DNA of 49,905 bases from Trichomonas gallinae. Taxonomy: Eukaryota. The stretch lies in contig MRSU01001902.1 in assembly GCA_008369845.1 (NCBI GenBank), positions 1 through 49,905 of the forward strand, in the 5' to 3' direction. Positions within the stretch are counted from its first letter, which is position 1; each line of letters begins with the position of its first letter. Position numbers and translations under genes: made by a program. Of the stretch, positions 10,185-22,208 are shown one piece after another. The notes below the pieces were generated by a model, which ran no database searches, was not told where the DNA came from, and saw nothing but the letters and a program-made list of their open reading frames with translations.

Positions 10185-10580
10185 TTATTTCGAGTTTTTC
10201 GATGTGTCATCTTTATTGAATGAAGGCGGAAATACATATATAGTGTACGCAGAGCTTATTTCTGTAAGTGTGTCGCTGTCTTTAAGCTGTTTTACATCTT
10301 CTTTTCCATCTTTTACTATTTTTATTTTAAATATGTTATTATTATTTCCAGTATACTCATCAAATTTATTTGTTGAGACTTTATTAGAAGCATCTTTCAA
10401 GTCACAATCACGCAGAAACTTCTTCACATACGCTTGTAATACGCTAACTTTTGTATTAACAGTGAAGTATTGGAAGAAATGGAAGTTGTTGGCGAGAATA
10501 AACATGCAAAACTTCGCATTGTTGTCATTAATTTTCTGCAGAGACGTCGAAAACTCTGCTTCTTCGTATAAATCACTCAT
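10185..10580 (-). CDS. Hypothetical protein (131 aa)
   Basis: ORF with Inr TCACT (minus strand, 10586-10590) just upstream of the ATG; tightly packed between neighbours. Confidence 0.7.
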   Translation of the reverse strand: MSDLYEEAEFSTSLQKINDNNAKFCMFILANNFHFFQYFTVNTKVSVLQAYVKKFLRDCDLKDASNKVSTNKFDEYTGNNNNIFKIKIVKDGKEDVKQLKDSDTLTEISSAYTIYVFPPSFNKDDTSKNSK

Positions 10581-10597
10581 TAAAAAGTGACAATTTC

Positions 10598-10999
10598 ATG
10601 TTTTTAACATTATTGGCTGCTCCTCTGCTTATCGCTATATGCTCGTTGTATATAATTATCGTTGGTGATCTCAGGGATAGAATGAAAATACGCCAATCTA
10701 TATTTGAATTATGCAAAGAATTAAATTCGAAAGTAATAATCGTTAAATGGTTAAATGTTGCTGTCGCTGTCATCGCTTGTACTTGTTTCAGATATCTTTT
10801 TGTTGCAGCTATTTATTTTGGAGCAATATCTGCATATTTTTTCTCTAAAACGCGCAATAAAGGATTTTTTGAACCACTCACGGCCGTCAAACAGAGCAGC
10901 AGCTATAGAAACCAGTTCTTTGTCCTATTCATTGCCAATATTTTATCTTTGGCGTATTTTTTAGTTGTTTTTTGCATCCTTTACATTAATGATGAGTAA
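10598..10999 (+). CDS. Cornichon/Erv14-like ER cargo receptor (divergent)
   Basis: 133 aa with 3-4 hydrophobic segments. YIIIVGDL...ELCKELN and FFEPLT resemble the cornichon DL..D..NP.D.C..LN and DPT motifs. Confidence 0.6.
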   Translation: MFLTLLAAPLLIAICSLYIIIVGDLRDRMKIRQSIFELCKELNSKVIIVKWLNVAVAVIACTCFRYLFVAAIYFGAISAYFFSKTRNKGFFEPLTAVKQSSSYRNQFFVLFIANILSLAYFLVVFCILYINDE

Positions 11000-11536
11000 T
11001 CTAATCTCAAACAGGCATAAATATTAATAAATAATGCATAAATTAATAATTTCGTTATATCCTTGTAATGATAAAGTAATATTCGAAATGGATTGATGAA
11101 GTATAATGCGGTTCATCTAGTATAGCTTGTAATTACTGACTCCGAGTCATATATCGCTAAATAATTTACTGCCAAAATATAAAATTTGACTTTTCCAAAA
11201 TTTAGTTATACCACTGTCATCAAATGACAAATATTCAGCGAAATAATTGACTTTTATACTCTTTAATCAAAAAATTAATTAAAATGTCACCAAATCGAAT
11301 CCTACGTCAATCAGCAGCTGGCATTGGCGAAATAACCCAGCAAAAGACAAGATAAAGAAGATAACAAGCTAATAATAGGATTTTTTAATTGAAGGATTGT
11401 TAAAAATTGAGAAACAGGTTGTTTGGATGATATATCCTATTAGAAACATGAAAAAATTTCAGTTTACTTATTGAATGTAAAATAATCGTTAATTCAGTTT
11501 TTCAAATCCTTGATATTTTAGAAATATTTTTTAAGA

Positions 11537-11755
11537 ATGTGCAAAGAAGTTGATGCGGAGAGTGGTAGTGGTAATGGAAAAGGCAAGGACGTACAAGTTC
11601 AAACAGAGCTCCCAGAACCATATCACCCGGATAAAAAGACAGAGGAACAAGATACATTAAGACCACCAACCCATTCTACAGCTTTGGTCGATAGATCTAC
11701 AACAATTGCTCAAAGCAAGGGTAATCCTATAGAGGATATTTCAGTTTCATCTTAA
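11537..11755 (+). CDS. Small hydrophilic ORF or gene remnant
   Basis: 72-aa ORF, more GC-rich than its flanks; no recognisable domain. Confidence 0.3.
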   Translation: MCKEVDAESGSGNGKGKDVQVQTELPEPYHPDKKTEEQDTLRPPTHSTALVDRSTTIAQSKGNPIEDISVSS

Positions 11756-12197
11756 ATTGTATTTCACCGGACTTTTACCGCCATCTTTATTCTATGGATC
11801 TGTTAATCAAAATAAAATTACAAAAATATGAAAAACTTCGATTACTCCATGGGGAACCGTCGCTAATTTATGATATTAGTTCTTCATAGTTAATCATTAT
11901 TTTTAAGTTCTAATATATCCCGTAATTATATGCGAATATTTTATAGCATTCTGATGCATAGCTTACACCAATATCAATCTCTTCTTCAAACGAGAGGTTC
12001 TCCTATATAACAATATAATCTCATAATTTATTCGTTTTTTGGTGTTTTTCTATGCTTCACATCGGATTGTTATATGGTTATTTGAAAGATTTTTTTGTGT
12101 AATATAGTTACGGACATAATTTCTTTATTTGTCAAATAATGTTTTGAACAAATACATGTGAGAATGAAGATAAAATTTTTAGTCTAAACGAATGAGG

Positions 12198-14351
12198 TTA
12201 CTGGATCTTAAATGGAAGTGTGAATTTGATGTCGAGGGATGATTTTCCAATCATTACATTGAAATCACCAGGTTCAACGACTCTTTCACACTTTGTGTTG
12301 ACTATGCTGCAGTCAGAGGCGCTGATTTCAATGGTGACATCCTTGGATTCACCTGGCTGCAATTCAACAATTGCATATCCTTTGAGTTCCTGGATCGCCC
12401 ATGTGCAGGATGTTACGACATCGTTGATGTATAACTGGACAACCTCTGTTCCTTTGCGTGAGCCGTTATTTTTAACGCCAATGGCAACTGTAATTTTGTC
12501 ACTTTTGCCATAGATATCTTTGTCAAGTTTTGCGTGTGTGTATTCGATATCTGTGTAAGTTAATCCGTATCCGAACTCGAACCTTGGCCTCTGCGTCATA
12601 TCAGCGTATCTCGTTCCGTGCTGGCCTCTGATCTGGTTGTAGAAAATTGGGAGTTGTCCGACATGATATGGGATGGAAATTGTCAAGCGGCCGCGTGGTT
12701 CGTATTCGCCGAATATGACTCTCTTGAAAGCCTCACCACCGAGCATGCCTGGAGAAAACTGCTGGATGACAGCGTTGGCTCTGAAGGCCTTCTTTGGAAG
12801 GCACATTGGCTTCGAAGAAATGACGTCGACGATGAATTTCTTGCCAGAGTCAGCAACCATGTTGATGAGTTCTCTCTGTGTGCCTTGCAACTTGAGTGTG
12901 GCTGTTGACTTTGTCTCACCCCAGAGTGATAATCTGTCGCCGACAACAACGATTGAGATGTCACTTTCTTCGACAAGCTTCTTTGCACGCATCATATCAT
13001 ATGGCGCATCGCCTTCTTCGATAACTGCGCCAACTTCGTACTGAAGTTTGTCTCCGAGAACTTTTTCGAGTGTGTCCTTGACAGTGACAATTAACTCACG
13101 TGGCTGCACGAGAGGTTGGTTGGCCTGTCCAGTGCCGAGAGCCCAGTCGCCGAGCTGTGCCCATGCGTGGTCTGCGTTTGGTCCCAAAAGCGCGACTTTG
13201 ACTTTATCCTTGAGTGGAAGCAAACCGTCGTTCTGGAGGAGAACCAAGCCCTCGAGAGCAGCCTGGAGAGCATATTCACGGTTTTCTGGGAGTCCTAATC
13301 TAGCTTTAGCCTTTTCGATGTCTGGATACCTGTCATCTTCGAAGAGTCCGAGCAAGAATTTAGTCCTGAGAACTCTCTTGCACGCTTCATCAACTTCTTT
13401 GATATCCAGCTTTCCATGCTCAAGAGCGTCGAGGCAGCCCTGGTAGAAGTTCGGTGTTGTCATCATCATGTCGTTGCCGCAGTGGACGGCGAGGGCAGCG
13501 GCTTCTTCATATGTTGCGCAGATTTTTTGATCTTCGACGAGCCAGCCGACGTTGTTCCAGTCTGTGACGAGGAAGCCCTCGTGGCCCCACTGGTTCTTAA
13601 GGATATCACGGAGAAGCCAGGAATTGGCTGTGGATGGGATACCTTCCATAGATTGGTATCCAGTCATGAATGCGCCAGCTCCTGCCTCGCAGCACTTCTG
13701 GAACTGAGGCAAGAAGTATGAAAGGAGCTTGCGATGTGAGCTATCAGACTCAGAAGCATCTCGTCCGCCATAAGTTTCGGAGTATCCGGCGTAATGCTTA
13801 GCTGTAGCCATAACATGGTCAGGATCGCTGCCAAGCTTTTCACCTTGGAAGCCTTTGACCATCGCAGACGCGAATCTGCCGATCAAATATGGATCTTCAC
13901 CAAATGTTTCGCCAACACGGCCCCATCTTGTATCGCGGGCAATACAAACGACTGGAGAAAATGTCCAGGACATACCTGTGTAGCGCATCTCGAAGGCTGT
14001 GACTTCGGCCATCTTCTTGATTATCTCTTCATCCCAGCTGGATGCGATACCGAGTTGTGTTGGGAAAATTGTTGCTCCAGGCCAGAATGAATGTCCGTGA
14101 ATAGCATCAATGCCCATTATCACTGGAATTTGTAAGCGTGTTTTCCTTGAGTGCTCGATAGCTGGCTTTGTGTTGTCACCAAGGAGATGAAGCACTGATC
14201 CAACATGCTGCTTTTCCATGACATTTAATAAATCAACTCTTCCATCGATCTGAACAAGCTGTCCAACCTTCTCCTCTGTGGTCATACGTGAGAGGAGGTC
14301 ATCAACACGGACATCAATGGGCTGAGAAGGATCTTTATACGGTAAAGTCAT
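12198..14351 (-). CDS. Glycoside hydrolase family 3 beta-glucosidase/beta-xylosidase with C-terminal Fn3-like domain
   Basis: DAIHG, RDTRWGRVGETFGEDP, KHYAGY, VTDW (nucleophile Asp), FGYGLTYT and EVVQLY. ATG at 14351 (MTLPYKD), with Inr-like elements at 14367-14381. Confidence 0.95.
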   Translation of the reverse strand: MTLPYKDPSQPIDVRVDDLLSRMTTEEKVGQLVQIDGRVDLLNVMEKQHVGSVLHLLGDNTKPAIEHSRKTRLQIPVIMGIDAIHGHSFWPGATIFPTQLGIASSWDEEIIKKMAEVTAFEMRYTGMSWTFSPVVCIARDTRWGRVGETFGEDPYLIGRFASAMVKGFQGEKLGSDPDHVMATAKHYAGYSETYGGRDASESDSSHRKLLSYFLPQFQKCCEAGAGAFMTGYQSMEGIPSTANSWLLRDILKNQWGHEGFLVTDWNNVGWLVEDQKICATYEEAAALAVHCGNDMMMTTPNFYQGCLDALEHGKLDIKEVDEACKRVLRTKFLLGLFEDDRYPDIEKAKARLGLPENREYALQAALEGLVLLQNDGLLPLKDKVKVALLGPNADHAWAQLGDWALGTGQANQPLVQPRELIVTVKDTLEKVLGDKLQYEVGAVIEEGDAPYDMMRAKKLVEESDISIVVVGDRLSLWGETKSTATLKLQGTQRELINMVADSGKKFIVDVISSKPMCLPKKAFRANAVIQQFSPGMLGGEAFKRVIFGEYEPRGRLTISIPYHVGQLPIFYNQIRGQHGTRYADMTQRPRFEFGYGLTYTDIEYTHAKLDKDIYGKSDKITVAIGVKNNGSRKGTEVVQLYINDVVTSCTWAIQELKGYAIVELQPGESKDVTIEISASDCSIVNTKCERVVEPGDFNVMIGKSSLDIKFTLPFKIQ

Positions 14352-14826
14352 CCAACTTCTAAAAAAAATGACAAAAAGTGAAATCTGTTGTATTGAATTC
14401 AATTTTTCGACTAGATAACGAATACTTGCAATACCACTATAGCAAAGAGCACCTTATAACAAGATGAATAAAAGTGAGTTGAAAATAAGGTTATTCTTCT
14501 TTCAAATTTTTTGACAAGTTAAAACGATGATTTTTTACAAATGATATCAAATGGGAAAACGTAAACCTCAGAGCATATCTATATAAAAGCGGCTATATAT
14601 CAGCACTATATATGCGATGAGAGTGTTCGTTCAATGACAAATTGTGGAATTTTGAAATTTAAATCAACTAACATGCAATTTAGTTTTAATAGTAAATATC
14701 AATCCTCATATGATACTATACCAGATAATTACATTTATATATTATCGGGAGCCGTTTTCTCAATTAAAATTCGTAGAAATGAAATTTTCAGTTATATAAA
14801 TTAGATTTATTTAACCCATTTGAATT

Positions 14827-14898
14827 GGGGGTGTGGCTCAGTGGTAGAGTGCGTCTTTAGCATAGATGAGGCCGGGGGTTCGATTTCCCTCACCTCCA
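14827..14898 (+). tRNA. tRNA-Ala (AGC)
   Basis: Acceptor GGGGGTG/CACCTCC with G3:U70; D arm GCTC/GAGT; anticodon arm CGTCT-TTAGCAT-AGATG; T loop TTCGATT; discriminator A. Confidence 0.93.
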
Positions 14899-14905
14899 TT
14901 TTTTT
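14899..14905 (+). terminator. RNA polymerase III oligo-T terminator
   Basis: T7 run directly after the tRNA. Confidence 0.75.
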
Positions 14906-17036
14906 CTATTTTTTTGCAATTTTTGTTTGATGTAACGATTTCATATCGTTTAAATTGTGCTGATAAAAGAATATTAATATTTTGATGCCAATTATTGTAG
15001 CAAAATTATTCAATGATGTTCTCAAAATCATAATTTTTCCCTTTTTGAGAATGGCCGCTCTAGAAGAACAGTTCGTTTTAATTCTATGCATCATTGTTGC
15101 TATACTCATCTGCTCGATGTTTTGGTATCCACTTCTCTGCATGCGAGCCTGCAACCTTTGGTTATTAAAACGACACAAAAATATGGACTTGTTAGATGAT
15201 GTTCCTAATGAGTAATAGATCACACATATGTTCAAAATCATTTTACATCATTCGATGAAACAATTTTACGACTGTAGTTAGAATTCAATCAATCTAATCG
15301 TTTATATATCACTTATCTTATTATTTTAATCGGATCATTAAGATATACTTATCGCATTATTTCTATAATCTATTCCTCATTGCATATGTACCACTTATTA
15401 AAATATGAAAGAAATTCAATTTAGGAGTTGAGTTTCAAAAAATATACTATTCGAATATAGGTGATGTGTATAATAGAAATACATTTACCAAATTTCAGAT
15501 TTCATTCGAAATCTTTTTCGGAAAAATACATTGCTATCAGAGCTAAAAATTCTATACCAATCATCTTATGATATTGTTTTTGTTTGTAAAATTTAGTCGC
15601 TACTGATCAATTTTACACTTTTTGCCGAAATAATTATATTTTTTCCTATAACCTTTCAACATGTCTTATCATTCATGTTCTTAGGTATTAAAATGAATTC
15701 TCTGGTGAAAAGGCATGAATTTTAGTAATATTACAAAGTCAATAATATCCATGAAATTATTTGGTCAACAATCGAAATAAGCATATTCTGGATATCGGCA
15801 AATGATGTTTCAATAGCGCGAGCCTTAATTAAAATGAAAAATGATATGAATGTTATTTAGATCTGCTATATGATGGGATGCATCCATCAGGTGTAATATA
15901 ACAATTTTATGACCAGATAAAGCATATTTCTTATATTGATTATTAATTTCCTAAAATTTGGTTTATTCTCAAATCCATTATGATTTTGTGAGGTGTCAAA
16001 ACAACTCAAATGTTTATTGCAGTAATTTTTATCTTCTAAAAGTGTCTCAGTTGGGAAATTTATTTTCAACCAACTTAATCAACGATATTTTACCCACAAG
16101 TTAGTATTATTGTTCATATGAGACTATTGGTTAATATTAATCATATTGAAGTTTGAGATTTCCATTGTATTTGATTCATGAATCGAGTCTCAATTTTTCT
16201 TTTTTTTTTTTCAAATGAATTATCTGCTCGAATTACTTACGTCTCTCCTTATCGAAATGCGAAGATGAGAAATCTCGAAATTGTTTTTATCCGACAAAAC
16301 TTCTTTTACAACAGAAAATCGTAGTATAATTATCGATAATTATACGTTAAAGTTGGTTGTTTAAGTTTGCAGTCATTTGTCAATATCTATAGGTTCAATA
16401 AACATTTCCTCAGATCTGTTTAATAATCCACCACTCAATTTTAACCAGCCGATAGACTAAATTTAAATCCTGTAGCTCATAATAATGTAATTAAGCCAAT
16501 AAGAAATCCGATAATCACTAACGTTTGATTGTCTTGATTTTGAAAGATTATCACAAAAATATATTCACGATTATTTTGCATTCAAAATTAATCGTTTTCT
16601 CAACCAAAACATCAAAAAATGGTATAACTAATAGTTTTATATCATATGGATACACCTGTAAAACTTTACAAAATTGCTAATTTTGAGAAAATTCGTTGAT
16701 ATATTGACTGTAAAGTCAATGCATTCTTGTCAGAAAAACTTGTTGTATCATCAGAATTTGAAAATTAGTTAATCGTGATTGTTACATGTTATTATTACGA
16801 TTTAACAATAAACAAATTATTGAATAACCATTCAATTATTATTTGATAACAAATAACGTATTTACACAAAAATAAAATGGCTGTAATGTATTATAAATGT
16901 TTTACAGATATAACCTGCGTATTTTGATCATTCTTAGTTTTATAAAAATTCCCATTGTCCTGATAATGACTTAATGCATAGTGTTAGATTTTAATGTTTT
17001 CATATTTGTTTCAATATGTTTTTTTTTTAATCACAT

Positions 17037-17495
17037 ATGAAAAAAAGAGAAATAAATAATAAGCGGGGCACTCCAACTGGGCGTGTTAAAAGGACATTCT
17101 CTAAGCAAGACGACGAGAACCTAATAAAGGCAGTTCAATCATGCAAATTCGCGGACTGGAATGAAATTTCTAAAAAATTAGGAAAATGGAGTCCGAGACA
17201 ATGCCGCGAAAGATGGAAAAATTATGTTGATCCCTCTTTGTCCCATGAAAAATGGACTGAAAAAGAAGACGAAACTCTCTTAAAAAGATTTGATGAAATT
17301 GGCACAAACTGGATTAGACTGAAGACATTTCTACCAGGAAGGTCAGTGAATGGCATCAAAAACAGGCTCCAATTTCTCAGATCACATAATTCATCGACAA
17401 CTCAATCAGTAACAGACATTGAAGAAACAGTTGATTTAAGTATAGTTTACTACCTTGATTTTCTTAAGATTTCAAACCTAGTGAACGTCCACTGA
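17037..17495 (+). CDS. R2R3 Myb-like DNA-binding protein
   Basis: FSKQDDENL...DWNEIS...RQCRERWKNYVDP...WTEKEDETL...W...PGRSVNGIKNR; Inr TCACA at 17031. Confidence 0.95.
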   Translation: MKKREINNKRGTPTGRVKRTFSKQDDENLIKAVQSCKFADWNEISKKLGKWSPRQCRERWKNYVDPSLSHEKWTEKEDETLLKRFDEIGTNWIRLKTFLPGRSVNGIKNRLQFLRSHNSSTTQSVTDIEETVDLSIVYYLDFLKISNLVNVH

Positions 17496-17852
17496 ATGTT
17501 CATATTAATTTTTTTTTTAATTTAGTGCAATAAATTATATACGGATTGTATATTTCATGTTGACAACATTAGTTCAAGTAATACTTGTATGTTAGTAGTC
17601 TTTTTTTAATATATTAGATATATTTTAATTTTTAAAAATTATTATTATAAATAGTCATAATTAATCATAAATTGATATTTCATTATGCAATCTTATTCAT
17701 TTGTCTTATTAAATTTGAACATTAATGAAATAATTAAATTTGAAAAATATTATTTTCATAGTTAGATAAAATACGATGCGGTTATTAATAACAGTATGTG
17801 ATTTACTCATATCTATAAAAGAATCGTATATACAAACATTTGATTTGTAACT

Positions 17853-18707
17853 TTATACATTATCCAAAGACGCCTTAAGCTCTTCAAATTTCATGTCTAC
17901 ATCTGTGATGTGACTCATGATTAACTGCATTTGAGAAGGCGAATAACCGCAAAATGGGCAATGACTGATAGGATCATTTTGGACGCATTGCTGATGAAAT
18001 GCATGTCCACATAATGCTATACATGCATCATTTTGAATTGGCTTCTGACATAAAGCGCAATATTTTTGATCTGGTGTTAATTCGCTATTTTCAGCAGGCT
18101 GAAGTGAAGTACTGAATAAGAGTTGCTTAAATGATGAGAAAAAGTCCGTAGTGTAGATGAGACTGAAGAAAACCATGTGTTTTTTGCTTGTCCAGGCAAA
18201 AGATAACGTAAAAACAATGTGAAATATCAATGGAATAAGGGACTGTTTGTATATGCAGAAGTAAACCTCCTCTGCAATTCGTAAAAACTGCAAAACTAAA
18301 AATAGGCAATATCCAGGAATCGAGTATCCTACAAATGCTTGATATAGTATGACGACAAGTAGTGCTGCTATTTGTAGTTTTAGTTGTTTTAAGAATGAAT
18401 TTGCGTTTATTAAGTTATTTTGAAATTGAGTTTTAAAGGAATATGCCATTTGCGCTATTGAGAAATTGAATATTGCTAAATCATATATATTTTGATCTTT
18501 GAGGAATATAAAAGTAACAAAGAACCAAAGAAAAACAACAATTTTTTCTCTTGTGGTCTGAACTACTTTTGTTCCAAATCTAGCTACACAGAAGTATAAT
18601 ATAGCATTTACCACGCTATTGTTCTGCAATTCTGAGGTCTTGAGTAAAAGCATAAGACAGTAATCCAACATTGAAAATAAATTTTGATTAATAAATCGTG
18701 TTTGCAT
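17853..18707 (-). CDS. Multi-pass membrane protein with C-terminal RING-H2 finger (membrane E3 ligase-like)
   Basis: Several hydrophobic segments, then CALC...CGHAFHQQC...CPFC. The start may instead be the ATG at 18671. Confidence 0.85.
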   Translation of the reverse strand: MQTRFINQNLFSMLDYCLMLLLKTSELQNNSVVNAILYFCVARFGTKVVQTTREKIVVFLWFFVTFIFLKDQNIYDLAIFNFSIAQMAYSFKTQFQNNLINANSFLKQLKLQIAALLVVILYQAFVGYSIPGYCLFLVLQFLRIAEEVYFCIYKQSLIPLIFHIVFTLSFAWTSKKHMVFFSLIYTTDFFSSFKQLLFSTSLQPAENSELTPDQKYCALCQKPIQNDACIALCGHAFHQQCVQNDPISHCPFCGYSPSQMQLIMSHITDVDMKFEELKASLDNV

Positions 18708-19462
18708 TCAAATATGTGCTCAACTACTCCATAAATTCGATTTTTAACAGATTTTGGCCGTATATTTTCCATCCATATATATTTTACATGACATAATAAT
18801 ATGTTTACATGGCAAAAACTTTAATCAAAATTGTTCAAATCACTTCTACTTATATGTATGTGTTTACAGGCACTAAAAAGCATTTTATCGAATGTGTATC
18901 CGATTAAAATACAATAAATATTTATGATTTTAAATTTCCAAATTAAGTTCAAACTTACATGTATTAATCAGATATGCATATAAATGATATTTTGTAACAA
19001 TGAGAGCTCAAATTATTTAGATAAACCAAAAAACTAATGTGAATATAGGGGCTTTCAATATATAAAGATATTAACGTTAATTCTATGATATATATGACCC
19101 AAAACTAAGATTTTGCATACCATTGTCTAATAATTTACGAAATTGGATAATCTCTTTATGAATATCAATGTAAATAATCATATTAATTCATCTTATGAAT
19201 GAATTAAGAAAGAAAATGCTTTGTAATAAAATTTGATATTTTCAAATACAAATCTATAAGTTTGAATCTTATAATTTGATATGAAGCATTGTGTTCGAAT
19301 AGTTTCAATAGTTTTCACTGTGTTTAGCATATAATTCCCTATTATTATTAAATATAAGAATAAAAATTCTATTTTTTATGCACATTATCAAGTTCTTAAG
19401 CAATAATTAGTGTTATTTCATAGAATTAAACAAGCTGTGATAAATGTTAAATGTCATTTTTA

Positions 19463-20062
19463 ATGTTGTCATTTCAAGATCCAATTCTTCAAATATACAA
19501 GAACCTTCTGAATGTATCAAAAAGACTGGAACAGAGGGAATTAGATATAAACACTGTCTCTCTTGCATTATTAGACTTAATTGACGAAAGGGTCCCGGAC
19601 GAACTTCCGAATGCGGAGTCATTAACTAATACGTATGATAGAACAATTGATCATATTAAGATTTACAGGGAAAATGTTTATCGTTGCGCTGAAGATATTC
19701 GAGATATATACGAAAGACAACAAGCCATTGATAAAATGCAAAAAAAAGTTGATAGTCTTCAGGTTGAGTACAACAAATTAAAGAATGAGTATCAAAATAA
19801 GAAAAATACCCATGAAGCAACAAAAATATTCGAAAAGTTAACATCAACTAAAGCAAATCTTCGTGAATTACTTGAAGTATTAATAAACAAGTCAGAGAAC
19901 TTCGATAAATTTGTTGTAAATAGACTTACACACGCATTTCAATTATATTCAGCTGGTCTTGAAGATTGTGCTTTGCATGAGCAATTAATTTATCAAGAAT
20001 TGTATGAAAGATTATCATCTTATAGCCAACAACGAAAACAGCAGCAACAGCAACAAAATTGA
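19463..20062 (+). CDS. Coiled-coil protein, possibly BAR-like
   Basis: Inr TCATT at 19454 favours the ATG at 19463. All-helical ~200 aa with a C-terminal poly-Q. Confidence 0.65.
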   Translation: MLSFQDPILQIYKNLLNVSKRLEQRELDINTVSLALLDLIDERVPDELPNAESLTNTYDRTIDHIKIYRENVYRCAEDIRDIYERQQAIDKMQKKVDSLQVEYNKLKNEYQNKKNTHEATKIFEKLTSTKANLRELLEVLINKSENFDKFVVNRLTHAFQLYSAGLEDCALHEQLIYQELYERLSSYSQQRKQQQQQQN

Positions 20063-20533
20063 ATATCATTCACATTAAATATAGCAATACTTTCCAGGGA
20101 AAGCTAATATTAATAACAATGATAAAATTAATATGCATTATCATTGAAAAACAAGTTTTCGGTTTTTTGGTTTTTTAATTTCTATCAACGATAGCATTTG
20201 GCATATAATTTATTGGTATCATTGACATAATTTTCGTGTAGGTTCTATTGGTAGTAATTGTTTTCTATTTACTTTGTTTTATATCATAAAAATAATGTGA
20301 CAATAACATTTTTTGACCAAGAGCTAACAATATATATATATCATTTCGTTATGAAACTCATGTGAAATAAATGAAGTCTCAGATCATCTATATTTTTGAT
20401 AAAAAAAATATACAAGAAATTCGAGTTCGACGTAAAAAAAAACATATATCATATCTTTGTGAAGCTTAATACAAACTCAAATCAAAGTTTTGATTTTTAA
20501 GAATTTTGCCAACATAAAAAAAAACATTTATTC

Positions 20534-21992
20534 ATGACGCTCGAGCTCAACATCGAGGAATGCGCAAAGACTGTTGGCGAAACTATCGATAATGACACTT
20601 TCTTCGGCGTCTACGAAGACATTGACACCATGATATCCATCATCAAAGCTGCAAATCTAGATGCGAAACAAGGAACTTACATTTTTAACGGTGCAAAGTC
20701 CCATCAATTCAGCTTTGATGACATGGTACATATATTTAAGTCAATAAATGTCCACTTTGACTTAAGCAATGAAGAAGGAATCAATGACTTTTTCAATTTT
20801 ATTCAATCAGCACATAAAGCACTCAGATTTAAGACGCTTAAAGAAACATACAACTTTATTAACGACATATGCAACATGAACTCTGATCTTCTAGCAAATT
20901 ATTCGCAACTTCAGCAAGAAAACCAAAGTTGAACAAACGAATTCTATTATGATTCTGAACGAAATCATCGATAGCATTAATAAAACAATCAAATCACTCA
21001 CATCCGAAGTTTCTCGTCTCAACAAAAAAAAATGATTCTTTGTTATCCGAGAATAAAAAACTACAAAACGCAAATACTCAGCTTACCAGCAATATTGCAT
21101 CACTCCAGAAAGATATTGCTGATCTTAAATTCGAAAACCGCCAACTTTCTTCACAAGTCAGATCAAATAATCAAAAAATTCGTCTATTAACGAAGTTATT
21201 AAGGAAGCAGACTTCGACAAGATCTATAATTTGCTGAATGATTTCATCGAAAGGAGAAAAAGAAGTCATCAAAATATTCTGCAAACTTGGTCTCAGCGAA
21301 ATCAGAAATCAGAATGAAAATACAGCTTTAATATATGCATATGTTAATGGAAATCTCAACCTTGTTAAGAATCTGATCAAAGGTGGCTGCGACAGAGATG
21401 CAATTGACAAATTTGAAAATAATGCCCTTTTAGAAGCATCAGGCAAAAAAAATACAGATATAGTTCGCTATCTCATTTCTTCTGGATTCGACAAAGACTG
21501 GAAGACTAAATCTTCTGGATTCAATGCAATTCTCGTTGCATCTCAATATGGGCATCTTGACACAGTTAAATATCTTGTTTCTATTGGCTGTGATGTAAAC
21601 TCAAAACAAAATAATAATACAAACTGTTCATATTTTGCAGCAATGAATGGCCATCTTGAAGTACTCAAGTACCTTAAATCATGTGGTGGCGACATTAAAT
21701 GGAAGAATAATAATGGCGATACAAGTCTGTAGGCGCAGCAAGAAGAAATCAAGTCTCTATCATTGAATACCTCCTCTCTCAGGGCTTGGATATCAACGGA
21801 CGTGGATGGAATGGCTTCACTCCACTTCATTGGGCTGCTAATAAAGGTGGCGCCGAAAGTGTAGAATATCTCATTAGACGTGGCTCCAAACTCAATGAGA
21901 AAGACAACCAAAACCATTCACCTTTAGACATCGCAAAATCTAAAAACTTTACTCGAATTCGCGACATTGTCATCAACGCAGGTACTTCATAA
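20534..21992 (+). pseudogene. Disrupted ankyrin-repeat gene (helical N-terminus, coiled coil, ankyrin repeats)
   Basis: Four collinear ORF pieces separated by stops and frameshifts (near 20930, 21030, 21190-21240 and 21730). ENTALIYA, NAILVASQYGHL and FTPLHWAA repeats. Confidence 0.85.
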
Positions 21993-22208
21993 ATTTTATC
22001 CTTTAAGCGCATCGTGAGAAATAATGCGAATTTGTGTATTTCAAATAATAATTTTTTTTAGTCAAACTTTCAGACTCTAAAAATAAGATTTTCATATGCT
22101 TTAACACTTATCATTTATAATCATTATTATTGAAATATGCACAAACATGATACAATTAGCAATGAAATAAAATATCAATAATAATATTAAATTTGGTATT
22201 AATAATAC

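Noticed and set aside
12198..14402. GH3 as bacterial contamination; nested plus-strand ORFs
   Set aside because: The gene has host-type Inr elements and AT-rich eukaryotic flanks; the nested ORFs are antisense shadows.
14906..16069. Short ORFs after the tRNA (14906..15241, 14982..15215, 15887..16069)
   Set aside because: Non-ATG or weak starts and no recognisable domain; possibly decayed sequence.
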